Assembly (NCBI GenBank): GCA_051546255.1
Contig: CP128819.1
Span: forward strand, 620,001 to 684,000
Source of the DNA: Meyerozyma guilliermondii
Lineage: Eukaryota
Length of the DNA stretch: 64,000 nt
Direction: 5' to 3'
In this document: one piece after another, positions 32,336 through 43,500 of the stretch
Layout: every line of letters starts with the position of its first letter
How positions within the stretch are numbered: the first letter of the stretch is position 1
The notes under the pieces: generated by a model
What the model was told of the DNA's origin: nothing
What the model saw: only the letters and a program-made list of their open reading frames with translations
The model's database searches: none
Position numbers and translations under genes: made by a program

Positions 32336-33052
32336 CTTCAATTAAGAGAGCTAAGACAAGTCTGATAAACGATCAAGGTACCGAAGTGGGAAGATATGAG
32401 AAATTTGCAATTGTCACAGGCAGAAAAACAACAACGGAGCCACTTGAAAAAGCCAAAAAGTACTACTTAAGTTCCTTATATTTTATTCAGTGTTGTCACT
32501 TTCTTAAACAATCAGTGACACAAAACACCAGCAGTGCAGTATTGCTGTTTTAGGCAATTGATGTTCCCCTCAATTGGCATGTTACCTAAGTCTAGTCGAA
32601 TTTAAATGGCACGCTTACGTGACCACAACCGCTCCTGACATAATCAATCGCCCTTATAGGGTTGTAGCTGATGTCAGCGTGCGGCTGTCGGTAGTTGTTA
32701 CGGTGGCAGATTTTTTGCCCTTTAGGCTGAGACGGTGTCCACAATGCATAAACCTGGCTCAAAAAGGAAGGGTGTCAGTAGCCAATTAAGCTGTGTGGCA
32801 TGATTTAGTAAAGAGGCTGGTTCCTGGATTAAGCAAATGCGGAAAGGAACCTCGGAATTTAATTTAAGCTAAATAATTTTTACCCCCACTTGCCCCCGCC
32901 TATACAGTGCCCTTGCTGAATTAACTTTTCACACTCTTCCTTTCAAATCTGGGGTAAACCACCCACCTGTCTGCAGGAAAAAGACCACATAGCTTTTGGA
33001 CTGCATCCAAACCAGATATGTATTTTGAGTGAACGCGGCTCAGCCAAGAGGT

Positions 33053-35404
33053 ATGGAGTCGCTTGAGTATGATCCAAGGGATCACCTGCGACAGATTTTC
33101 CTGTCCCAAGAATCCTTGAACCAGATTCCGGAGATGTTGGAGCATATACATGCTTACAAGTGTCAGTTGGACGCTGATATTTCTCGAGATATTTCCAATT
33201 ACAACCTGTCGGTCCTGGTGGCCGACGACATTGATGAGTTTTTGCGGTCGGTAGAGCAGACCAAGGCAAAATCCAACGAAGCACAACGATCCATTGCGTC
33301 AATTACAGACTCCATCCAGTCCTTGGATGATACAAAAAAGAATTTGGTTTTGCTGATGACGGTTTTGAAACGGCTCCAAATGCTCCTCGACGCCAATACC
33401 AATCTAAATGCTGTGATATCCACTCATGACTACAAGAAAATCCTTCTGTTTTTCGGGGTGGTGAAGGAATTGTCTACATTCTTCAAACTGTACAAATCTA
33501 TCCCTGAAATCAACCAGTTGAGTCAGATGATCAATAATACTCAAAACAAGTTGGTAGACGATATCTTCATAGATTTCGAAGAATCGTTGAACCATAAGTC
33601 ATTGAATGATCAATTGATATACGGGTGTGAAATTTTGGAGGTAGTTGACTTGAAATACAAGGACAAGTTACTTGCTTGGTTTTACAATTTCCAACTCAAG
33701 GAAATCACCGCAATTTTCAATAATATGGACGAAGCAGGTTCATTGGAAAACATTGACCGTCGCTACATGTACTTTCAAAACGTGCTCTCTGCTACTCAGA
33801 ATAGCTACTTGAAGTTGTTTCCAGAATCTTGGAACGTGGACCTCGAGCTCTGCAAACTCTTTTGCAAAATCACTAGAGATGACTTGTCTGCCCAACTCAA
33901 CCTGTCCATGAGCTCAGCCAATCTTCTTGATGCATTGACCAAAACTCTCAACTTTGAAAAGTACTTGAGTGAAAAGTTCAAAACAAAGGATTTCGATAGA
34001 ATGATCCTGAAGTCCTTTGAGCCTCATCTTCTTATATGGGTTCGCGAGCAAGACAAGATGTTAAACTCAAGAATGTTAGAGTTTATGGCTGCTCCTAAAA
34101 TCCCCACCGAGTTTCTTGAATCCAACGATCCGACTGAATTCTTGACTTCTCTCAAAGTTAACAGCGTCCCAAATATCTCCAATTCCTCCATTGAGCTTTT
34201 CAGAGCGTTTCAAAAGGTATTGACACAAATTGTCAAGCTAAGCACTGGCCCCATACTTCGTGATGTGACTAAAGTCTTTGCCAAATACTTGCGTGAATAC
34301 AACCTGCGTATTCTTTCTCCGATCATACCAAGTCAAAATGACGACTTGAACGGGATAGAGCCGATAAAATACTTAACAATGGTGTTAAACACAAGTGACT
34401 ATATTTTGAACAACATGAATGACTTACAAGGCAGGATATCTAATATTATTGATCCAGCATTCAAGAAAGAAATAAATTTCGAGCTTGTCCATGAGGAGTA
34501 TATCAGCTTGATTAGCAGGGCTGTGAATGCGATGCTACTTAAAGTATCGAATGACCTACAATTTGCATGGAGACAATTCACCAATAATAACTGGAACAGG
34601 ATGGAAACTACTACAGATGTTTCCAACTACATGATCGATTTCAAAAGTTCCTTGGTTGGCAATTGCCAGATTATTCTTCCATTGATAATGAGGGAGGGCT
34701 ACGGCCGTAACATCTGTGATAAGGTTGTGGAAATGGTTGTCACCTCATTCATGAATAACCTTCGCTTGATAAAGCCTTTGAGTATTGTCAACATCGAGCA
34801 AATTCTTATTGATTTGACTGTGTTGAAAAAGGCGGCGCTCACTCTCCCGCTTTACGCAAACCCCAACTACGATGAAACAAAAGCAAATGGCGAAGAAAAG
34901 CCTCCTAAAGCATATGAGCGGCATATCACCAATCAGTTTCAAAAACTCGAAACGCTACTCAAGCTTCTTCTTACCCCTACGCTCCCAGTCGAAAATCTTG
35001 TCCAGAATTACTTCCAGTTTATTGGCGACAAGTCCCGTACAAACTTTGTGAAGTTTTTAAACTTGAAGAACATTTCTCAAACGGATCAAAATCGCTATAT
35101 TGATAACTTCAACCTCCAACTTGGTCTTGAAAATTCGCTAATTGAGGAGTCTCCTATCATGGCAGGTATCACCCAAGACCCAATTAGCATCAATACTGGA
35201 TTGCTTAGTAGCAGTCCTTCTCCAGAACCTGTATTAAAATCACCCAAATTATTGACTCCACCAACGTTGAATAACATCAAAATTAACAACTTGGAAAAGA
35301 ACTTGCGAGAACTAGCCTTAAACGGAGAGAACCACGTTAGTAAGTTCAATGAAAACTTCAAAAATATTGGAAAATTTTTCCGAAAAGCGGACCATAATGA
35401 GTAA
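33053..35404 (+). CDS. VPS53: GARP complex subunit Vps53
   Basis: YDP..HL..IF, LDDTKKNL..SMT.LKRLQML, DEAGSLENIDRRY; first ATG at 33053 (track start is GTG). Confidence 0.93.
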   Translation: MESLEYDPRDHLRQIFLSQESLNQIPEMLEHIHAYKCQLDADISRDISNYNLSVLVADDIDEFLRSVEQTKAKSNEAQRSIASITDSIQSLDDTKKNLVLLMTVLKRLQMLLDANTNLNAVISTHDYKKILLFFGVVKELSTFFKLYKSIPEINQLSQMINNTQNKLVDDIFIDFEESLNHKSLNDQLIYGCEILEVVDLKYKDKLLAWFYNFQLKEITAIFNNMDEAGSLENIDRRYMYFQNVLSATQNSYLKLFPESWNVDLELCKLFCKITRDDLSAQLNLSMSSANLLDALTKTLNFEKYLSEKFKTKDFDRMILKSFEPHLLIWVREQDKMLNSRMLEFMAAPKIPTEFLESNDPTEFLTSLKVNSVPNISNSSIELFRAFQKVLTQIVKLSTGPILRDVTKVFAKYLREYNLRILSPIIPSQNDDLNGIEPIKYLTMVLNTSDYILNNMNDLQGRISNIIDPAFKKEINFELVHEEYISLISRAVNAMLLKVSNDLQFAWRQFTNNNWNRMETTTDVSNYMIDFKSSLVGNCQIILPLIMREGYGRNICDKVVEMVVTSFMNNLRLIKPLSIVNIEQILIDLTVLKKAALTLPLYANPNYDETKANGEEKPPKAYERHITNQFQKLETLLKLLLTPTLPVENLVQNYFQFIGDKSRTNFVKFLNLKNISQTDQNRYIDNFNLQLGLENSLIEESPIMAGITQDPISINTGLLSSSPSPEPVLKSPKLLTPPTLNNIKINNLEKNLRELALNGENHVSKFNENFKNIGKFFRKADHNE

Positions 35405-35483
35405 CATTGACTCGATATCCGTCTATACCATACTGCATACAATATACATTTTTAGTTGAAGTTTCGAGACAAGTTTATGTGTC

Positions 35484-36251
35484 ATGAAGCTTGCCAAAAT
35501 ATGTGGAATAAAAACGACAGCGGCAGCCGAAAAGGCTATTGATAGCAATGCTGATCTCCTTGGTATGATCATGGTACCTAATAGGAAGCGAACCATAGAC
35601 AAAAATGTAGCTTTGCAGGTTACTGAATTGGTCAAAAATCGTAGAAAGGATACCAAAAGACAGATCCAAACTGCTTCACAGTTGATCAAACATATAGAGA
35701 ACGATACATTCAGCAGCATAGACGAGTTACTTTCCAAATTCAAGGTACTTATTCAAGAAAACGGCCCTTTTAGTGTTGGTGTATTTCGCAATCAAAGCAT
35801 AGAAGAGGTATTCAAAACTGCAAACGAACTCGATTTGGACATTATACAGCTCCATGGAAGCGAAGACAAGCCTGAATTTGTTAAATACAACTCCAAAAAT
35901 GAAAAATTTGTGATAATAGGCCGCTACGTTGTGCCCAGCGATGTTCCGAATTTGGAACCGATGTTCGAGTCTTTACTAAAAGATGGAAAGTATGTGGGCG
36001 GTGGCTTGAGTATACCTCTTTTAGACTCCGAGGCAGGCGGTGAAGGAATTACGATTGACTGGGATGCAGTTGGTGGTATTCTGAAGGGTATATTTCTTCT
36101 CGCAGGCGGGTTGAATAGTGACAATTTGAAAGATACGAGCCACTTGAAAAACGTCATTGGATACGATGTGAGCGGAGGTGTTGAAGATGGTGAGGGACAC
36201 AAGGACTTTACCAAAATTGAAAACTTTATAAAAGTTGCACATAGCATATAA
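35484..36251 (+). CDS. TRP1: Phosphoribosylanthranilate isomerase
   Basis: KICGI, VGVFRNQ, QLHGSE, LLDSEAGG, LAGGL, DVSGGVE. Confidence 0.95.
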   Translation: MKLAKICGIKTTAAAEKAIDSNADLLGMIMVPNRKRTIDKNVALQVTELVKNRRKDTKRQIQTASQLIKHIENDTFSSIDELLSKFKVLIQENGPFSVGVFRNQSIEEVFKTANELDLDIIQLHGSEDKPEFVKYNSKNEKFVIIGRYVVPSDVPNLEPMFESLLKDGKYVGGGLSIPLLDSEAGGEGITIDWDAVGGILKGIFLLAGGLNSDNLKDTSHLKNVIGYDVSGGVEDGEGHKDFTKIENFIKVAHSI

Positions 36252-36331
36252 CAAAGCATACAAGTGTAAGAATTTCAATTTTATCAGTAACTTATTTTAC
36301 CTTATAATATATGTTTATTACTCCTACTTCT

Positions 36332-37990
36332 CTAGTCTTCTTGGTCCCAATTTCCAGGTCTACGTTGCTGAGGAACTTGGGGACCACCAGCACGCTTGGC
36401 CATGATGATTTGGTCGATGGACAAGATGGTGGTAGCGGCTTCAGTAGCCAAGTCGTATGCAAATCTCTTGGTTGACAACAAGTCAAAAATCTGGGCTTTC
36501 TTGACATCGATAACATTATCATCAGTAGACATATCGATGTCGACACCCTTCACGAGTCCTCCTTCGGTAGAGTGCTGAGCATACATTGTACTCAAGGTTT
36601 CTGAAGGATCCAATCCAGATGTTTCCGCAAGAACTCTGGGAATGACTTCAAAAGCCTTTGCGTAGTTCTTAATGGCCAATTGCATAAGCCCTGGAGTCTT
36701 TTCTCCATACTGGGTGACGAGCTTGACCAACTCGATTTCCACGGCACCAGCACCAGGAAGTAATCTGTTATCCTTTATCAAGCCCTTGATGGCATTCACA
36801 CCATCATCTATAGCCCTCTCTATGTCATCGAGACTATTCTGAGTAGCACCTCTCACCACTATAGTCGATGTTCTTGACACAGATTCGTTCTGTCTGAACA
36901 CCGTAACTCTGTCACCACCAATTTCTCTTGTCTCGATGACATCAACCTCCCCCATCTCGTCGGGCATAGGGGCACCCAATCTTGGCAAGGGTGTGGCACC
37001 GCAAACCTGAGAAACTCTTCTCAAGTCGAATTTGGAGGGTACTCTCAACACAAGAATACCGTATCTGTTGAAGTAGTGAAGCGCCAATTCGCCTACGTTT
37101 GCACCGGCAACAACAACCTTGACACCGGAATCGCTGATTTCCTTACACATTTGGTCCAATTGTTGCTCTTCACCTTTGGAAAAGTCCAACATTTCCTGGG
37201 CATTATGGAGTAATACCGTGCCCTTAGTTTCAGTAGTGGAGATATCGATGGGACAATTGAACACAACCACCTTGGATTTGGTGGTGATGTTCTTGACGTG
37301 ACCCTCAGGTTCACGGGGGAAAACCATACCTTTGATAACTTGGGAACTCGAAAGCGAAGCACCCATAATCTTGACCACTCTCACGTTATCCACGTTGAAC
37401 GCTTGAGGACGCTTAGGGTTCATGATGAGCTTGACAGCGTCAATCACCAAATTCGAAATAGCATCTTCGTTACCGTATTGCTTGGCGGCAATCACTGGCT
37501 TGATCACCTTTTTCAATTGCTCTGTTTCGGTAATCGACTCCACACTATCCACCACCAACTTTTCGATGGTTTCCATCACATACTTGTTGGCCATGTTATA
37601 CCCCTGGATGATCTCAGTCACACTCAATCCAGTGTGAATCAACTTTTCAGCAATGTTTAACAACTCGCCTGCCAAGATGATCACTACATTGGTGTTGTCA
37701 CCCATCTCAAATTCCTGCTGTTTGGACGCGGTGATCAACAATTTCACAGCCGGGTGCACGATTTCCAACTCGTTCACCATGGTGGCAGCGTCATTAGTAA
37801 CAAATATACGACCGTGCTTGTTCACAATGATCTTGTTACGACCCGAAGGTCCCATGGATGTGAGAAGAATTGACAGTATCTCTCTGACAGCCTCTATATT
37901 CCGGATGATGGCACCGTCAGCACTGTTGTGCGACTGGTACCCCTGCTTAAAAAGGCCAGCATTGGGGGCCTGGGGCAATTTGAGCGACAT
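36332..37990 (-). CDS. CCT8: Chaperonin CCT theta subunit
   Basis: MSLKLPQAPNAGLFKQGY, TSMGPSGRNK, DDIERAIDDGV, C-terminal PGNWDQED. Confidence 0.97.
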   Translation of the reverse strand: MSLKLPQAPNAGLFKQGYQSHNSADGAIIRNIEAVREILSILLTSMGPSGRNKIIVNKHGRIFVTNDAATMVNELEIVHPAVKLLITASKQQEFEMGDNTNVVIILAGELLNIAEKLIHTGLSVTEIIQGYNMANKYVMETIEKLVVDSVESITETEQLKKVIKPVIAAKQYGNEDAISNLVIDAVKLIMNPKRPQAFNVDNVRVVKIMGASLSSSQVIKGMVFPREPEGHVKNITTKSKVVVFNCPIDISTTETKGTVLLHNAQEMLDFSKGEEQQLDQMCKEISDSGVKVVVAGANVGELALHYFNRYGILVLRVPSKFDLRRVSQVCGATPLPRLGAPMPDEMGEVDVIETREIGGDRVTVFRQNESVSRTSTIVVRGATQNSLDDIERAIDDGVNAIKGLIKDNRLLPGAGAVEIELVKLVTQYGEKTPGLMQLAIKNYAKAFEVIPRVLAETSGLDPSETLSTMYAQHSTEGGLVKGVDIDMSTDDNVIDVKKAQIFDLLSTKRFAYDLATEAATTILSIDQIIMAKRAGGPQVPQQRRPGNWDQED

Positions 37991-38243
37991 GGTTAATGGA
38001 CTGAAACGTTGAAATTTTTATGGCAGGGCAGATCACGTGATAAAGCTGACTGAGCCATGATGATTAGTATGGATAAGAGCAGTTGAAAGGGAGATTGGTG
38101 TTAATAATACTCATCAGCGTTTAAACACCGCTTACGTAGTTACGTCTCTTACGGTCTTTTTTTTTCAATTTGCGTTTCAGCTGTGCATCGTACTTCCTCG
38201 TTCGGTCGCATTCGCGATCTTGAAACCAGTCCTACAATCAACA

Positions 38244-40139
38244 ATGAGTGACGATTCCCGAAGTTTGGACGATCGGCTTACCGAGGAGGTGGCCCAGCTT
38301 CTGACCAAGTTGGTCACTGCCGTAGCTAAACAGCTGGAGCTCGAGGAGAAATTACTCGTAGTAAGACGAGAAAATGTGCGGTTGAAGGAACGACAGGCGG
38401 CACTCGATGGCATAGAAACCCAGTATAACGAGTTGAAAACGAAACTCGGAGCCATGCAAGTGGACTACGATAAGAACAAGAAGATCAAGGAAGAAGCTGA
38501 GGCCGAAAACAGCCGTCTTCTGGCCGAGGTCGAAGACTTGACGGCGTCGTTGTTTGACGAAGCAAACAAGATGGTAAGTGACGCTTCTAGGCTTACCGAT
38601 AACTACAAGATCAAAAACGGCAAGTTGCAAGAGGAGCTCCATGAGAAAGATGTAATTATAGAGGATCTCCAGGCGCAACTTCAGGACCTTAAACAGCTTT
38701 TTGTGCGGATCGAAGAAGAACAGAAGAACAAGTCTCAGACCGGGACACCTGCAATCGAGCAGATTGGGTTTGCTTCTGAGGAGGGAAGGGATGAAGATGA
38801 AAGCCACAGACAACAGTTACTTGCGGCACCAATCTTTGCTCCCAAAATCGAGGCGGTACGGTTTGACCTTGACCAGTACCAGTATGACTTTAAAAGTTTT
38901 ATCTATGCTGTGATCAAACCAACGTTCACGTTCGACTTGACGAACCTCAGAACGTTGAAATACTTCAAGAAAATCTGGACGGAAGAACTAGAGAACAGCA
39001 TTTCGCATATTCCACCTATTGCCAATTCTACATTCATCAACCGTTGGCAAAAGGGCAAGAACTTTTGGTCCTTGATTGTTGAGGGAAAAGCTGTCATTGA
39101 GCCCATCAAGAGCGTGAATGAAACCTACAAGATTACATACAGAGGTAAAACGCCAAAAGATGCCCCTGTGGCTACCAGAGAACCTTGCACTTTTTGCGGT
39201 GAGAGCCGTGATGACATTCTTGAACATGCACGGCTCTACTCTTTCAAGCTTCTTGCTCCAGACTTAAGCAGCACGTCTTTGACCGAGAATGAACCTGTGG
39301 CTAGCTACCCTCTATGCACCTTCTGTCTTATAAAGCTCCGAAACATCTGTGAGTTTTTCGCCAAGCTTCGGAGTATTCACAGCAACATCTTCAAGTTGAA
39401 GCAAAACCATCTGTTCGAGGAGTACACGGCACCACTAAACTTTCAGTTTAAACGTCAAAGCGTCGATGCTGATGCTTCCGATCACCTGAAAGAGCGAAAA
39501 GAGGTGGTATTGGAGCCTGAAGAAGAGGCCAAACTCATCAAATTGTACATTATTCTCACCCAGATTCGAAGCCGTATTTTTTGGAGCAAAATAGGACTCT
39601 GGGACCATGAAGGGGTGATCACAGAATCGGTAATTGATGAGATTCCTCATGATGTCTTTGGATACTTGGGACGCAAGTATGAGGGTGAGAAAGCAGAACC
39701 AGAGAGAGAAAAGGGACATGTTCCTCAAAATACAGTGGAAACTGGAGAAGAAGCAGTTGAAACAGAGGCCACAGAAGACGCTACGACCACCAAAAATATC
39801 GAAGATATCACTGAAACAGGAGAAGCTACAGCTCAATCTCCAGTGAGAACATCGACGGAAAGTTCTACGGCTCCAACGCAAACTTCATCAACTTCTGTTG
39901 CTGATCGCGTGCTTGACGTGGAGGCACAGAGCACAAGTGACACTAAATCCAGTAATTCTGCTCATTCCCAAGCAGATACCAGCACCAATAGCGAAGTCGA
40001 TGAGTTCGCAGATGCCAATGAATCGCAAGAGGTCGAACCCAAATCGCTTTCCAGACGTCTTTCGTCCAAGCAGCGCAAGAAGAAGATCTCAAAGGACCTC
40101 AATAGTACCATTCAAATGCTCCAGGAGAGTATAGAGTGA
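38244..40139 (+). CDS. SEC2: Rab (Sec4) guanine nucleotide exchange factor
   Basis: Sec2 coiled coil EVEDLTASLFDEANKMV, C-x2-C pairs; first ATG at 38244; adjacent to BNI1 as in S. cerevisiae. Confidence 0.93.
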   Translation: MSDDSRSLDDRLTEEVAQLLTKLVTAVAKQLELEEKLLVVRRENVRLKERQAALDGIETQYNELKTKLGAMQVDYDKNKKIKEEAEAENSRLLAEVEDLTASLFDEANKMVSDASRLTDNYKIKNGKLQEELHEKDVIIEDLQAQLQDLKQLFVRIEEEQKNKSQTGTPAIEQIGFASEEGRDEDESHRQQLLAAPIFAPKIEAVRFDLDQYQYDFKSFIYAVIKPTFTFDLTNLRTLKYFKKIWTEELENSISHIPPIANSTFINRWQKGKNFWSLIVEGKAVIEPIKSVNETYKITYRGKTPKDAPVATREPCTFCGESRDDILEHARLYSFKLLAPDLSSTSLTENEPVASYPLCTFCLIKLRNICEFFAKLRSIHSNIFKLKQNHLFEEYTAPLNFQFKRQSVDADASDHLKERKEVVLEPEEEAKLIKLYIILTQIRSRIFWSKIGLWDHEGVITESVIDEIPHDVFGYLGRKYEGEKAEPEREKGHVPQNTVETGEEAVETEATEDATTTKNIEDITETGEATAQSPVRTSTESSTAPTQTSSTSVADRVLDVEAQSTSDTKSSNSAHSQADTSTNSEVDEFADANESQEVEPKSLSRRLSSKQRKKKISKDLNSTIQMLQESIE

Positions 40140-40508
40140 TATTTATAGCGTATTGTACACTCCAGTAATTGCACCACTAAAGCGGTAGCATCGGCCGGGC
40201 GTCCCCATCCAACCACCCGCGACCAAACCTGTCAATACGGTTCCCGTTTCCCAAAAATTTAGTAGCCCACGCCGTGCAAAAACCTAATAGTTCTAGTACA
40301 TTTAAGGCGGTATTATCGGTGCTATATCAAACTCTGGCGCTAAAACACTCCATATATCACACGTGCAACGTTCTGGCCCTTTTTTCTGAAGTTTTAAGTG
40401 CATGTTTCACTTTTGATTCAAGCTGCTTCCTTGGTAAAACGTCGTTTTTAGTCCACAAGAAGCGTGTATCACAGCATTAATCCATAAACTAGACTCTCCC
40501 TTTTCATC

Positions 40509-43500
40509 ATGTTGAGGCGAAAGTCTAAGGACACCAACTTAAACCCCCAGATCGACGCCGAACTTCAAGCGTCTCGCGCTTACCAAGATCAAAATGGTGG
40601 TGAAACAGGCTCTAGCCACTCCAATAACCATCGTATGTCGCTGACGTCGATCTTCAGCTTGCGAAAGAACAAAGAAAAGCCCGCTCTGGGCAATGAAAGT
40701 ACGTCTGATTTGTCGCTGGATTCCGCCAGTGTAATGAGTGGTGGAACCTCCACCTCCAATGGCACCGGATCTCGCCTAAATCCACTCTCACGCTCCCATA
40801 CCGGCCGCTCTGCCGTTAGTATCACCCCCAGCATGGCTCCAAGTAATGGTCCTCATAATCGACAGCCCTCTTCCTACAGCATATCCACCGTTTCCAATCC
40901 CTACGATATGAAGACGTCGGCACGAAATGGGGCACTTTCACGCAAATCCACCACATCCTCGATCATATCAAAGCCATCTATCTCATTAACGAATGCTCAC
41001 GAGACCACCAACGCTGGCGGATTCACCCTAGAACGTCCCTCACTGGTATACGAGATCGACCGAATGTTTCGAGAACTCATGGAAAAACGAGATTTCAAGT
41101 CTCTTCCACCGCAGGCCAAACAGGAGATGCTTCATTATAATCCGGATAAGAAATGGATGCTCATATACCAAGATGCATTGACCGAATACAAGCGGCATGA
41201 ACGAGTTGTGTTGAACAAAGAGGAGAATGCAACTCCGGAATTCTACACGAAAAAGCTACTTGCCAAGACCATAACTGCCGATCAGCTCAAAAACTTGTGG
41301 GTTTCATTAAGAACAGAGCCTATAGACTGGGTGAGAAACTTCATATACGATTGTCAGGGTGATGCTATCTTATCAGCATATCTCTTAAAAGTACAAGAAT
41401 CGATCAATCTGCATGAGCTTAATGATATTAATGACGAGTTGTTTGACAAAGAATTCAATACGCTCAAGGCTCTCAAATGCATGATGAACCAGAAACTCGG
41501 AGCCGAGCGTGTGCGCACAGATGTGAACCTCTACGTCAATGCTGTAGCGGGTCTGTTACTTTCACCTCGCATATTGACACGAAAGATCGCTGCCGAATCG
41601 CTCACTTTCATGATTGCCTACTACTCACGGAGTGAAGGCGGTTCTGACAACCAAGGAAAGTATCACAAGATCTTGAAAGCATTGGATTCTATCTCCAATA
41701 AGCCACATTTTGAGTTTGACACAAACGTTTCTGGATCTCCTGTTCGCAAGCAATTGGTAAGGAAACCCCCAGCTCCTGACACTTACAAAAGGTTTGAACT
41801 CTGGCTTCGTTTAGTCGAGAAGACAATCGATGGTAAAGGCAAGTATCTAAACTCCCTCGTGGGTGCCAGCGAAGAAATTAAATCGAATGCTGGCCATGGA
41901 AATAATTTGGAAAACAACCTTCTCGAATACTGTCTAGGTACAATGCTTTTGATCAACACGATCGTGGATTATGGGTTTGACTATAGAGTACGAATTCACT
42001 TACGAGCCCAATTCGGTGCAGCAGGAATCGAAAGACTCATGTCGAAGTTTCAAGACATGGGGTATGATAGCTTGAATCAGCAGTGTATGCGTTACATCGA
42101 GTCCAGTGAAAATGACACCATGGAATTCAAGAACACCGAGAATTTGGATATGAACATTGATTTCAATGATCCTGTGGACCTTGTCAAATCTGTATGGGAC
42201 AGAGTCAAGGATAGTGAGGCTCAAGGCTTCTTTCTTAGTGCCATGCAGCATATTTACTTGAATCAAGCGGAGAGAAAAGAAAGTCCAGAAGACATGATAC
42301 GCAGTCTCCGGTTACTCGATGGATTGATTCAGAATGTGACTATGGTGCACACCACTAATGATGACTCTGCTATGGGAATTGCTATCAATCGGCTCTTTGC
42401 CGGTATGAGTACGGATGATATGTACCGCAGAGCTTTACAAGAAGTGAAGAGCTACAAACGGCTTGCCGAAGAAGCCACCGCAGAAAGAGACGAGATTTCT
42501 CGGCAACTTTCAATGGGTGCAGATGGCTTAATTTCTAGTTTGACGAATGAAGTCAAAGAACAGGAAACTGTTTTGACGAGAACTAGGAGATTGAACGAGG
42601 AACTCAATGAGGAGCTTGAAGAACTTAAGCGGAAACACTTGATAGAAAAGCAGCAGCAGGAGCTTGAAATGAGGGAGCTCTTGATTGCACTCAACAATTC
42701 TCAGATTCAATCTAAACGTTCAGGAGGGAAAACTACCGTTCTGATCCAGACATCGAATGAGGAGTTGATCAAGAAGCTACAGAAGCAAGTTCACAAGCGA
42801 AAGAATGAATACAAGATGGAAAACCGCCAGCTTGGAACCCAGGTTGAGCCCAGTTCTCGTCTACGTGCTTTGAGGGATCAAATGGGTGATATCGAAAATA
42901 TGGCGAGGGAGCTTGAAATGACAGACTTTGAGACTTATGTTGACCAGGAAGCTTCTCAAACATCGACCACTGAGCCTGAGCCTAAACCTGAACCTCAAAC
43001 ACAGGAAGAAACGACACCCGAGCCAGAGCCAGTTGCAGAAATAATGGAACCAATTCCAATGAGCCCTGCTCGACCTGCTCGCGAAGATGACTTGGGCAAG
43101 CTAGACTCATTGCGCAGAAAATTAGCCTCTTTGCAAAGTGAGTCGAATGATATTATGAAATTCAACAATTCCAAACTCTTTAACAAGCAGAAGATGCTCG
43201 CAATGGAACGTCTTCGGGAGCTCGAAAATAACTTCAAGGACTTCAATATCGATTTCAGCATGGATGACCTGGAAGGCTTTGATTTTGATTCGATGCCAGA
43301 CTATGTTGATCCCAATATCAAGGATAAAATTCGAGAGGAGTTGGAAGAAGTGGAGGCCCTCAGAGCCCAACTCAAAAACAGATTGGCTGAAATTAACTCT
43401 AAGGGTTCTACTGCAACTTCCAATGATTCAATTGAAAGAATCGAAGATCGTTATTCCAGAGGCAAAGTTGTGCAAGGCAACGCAGATGCTCAATCGAGCA

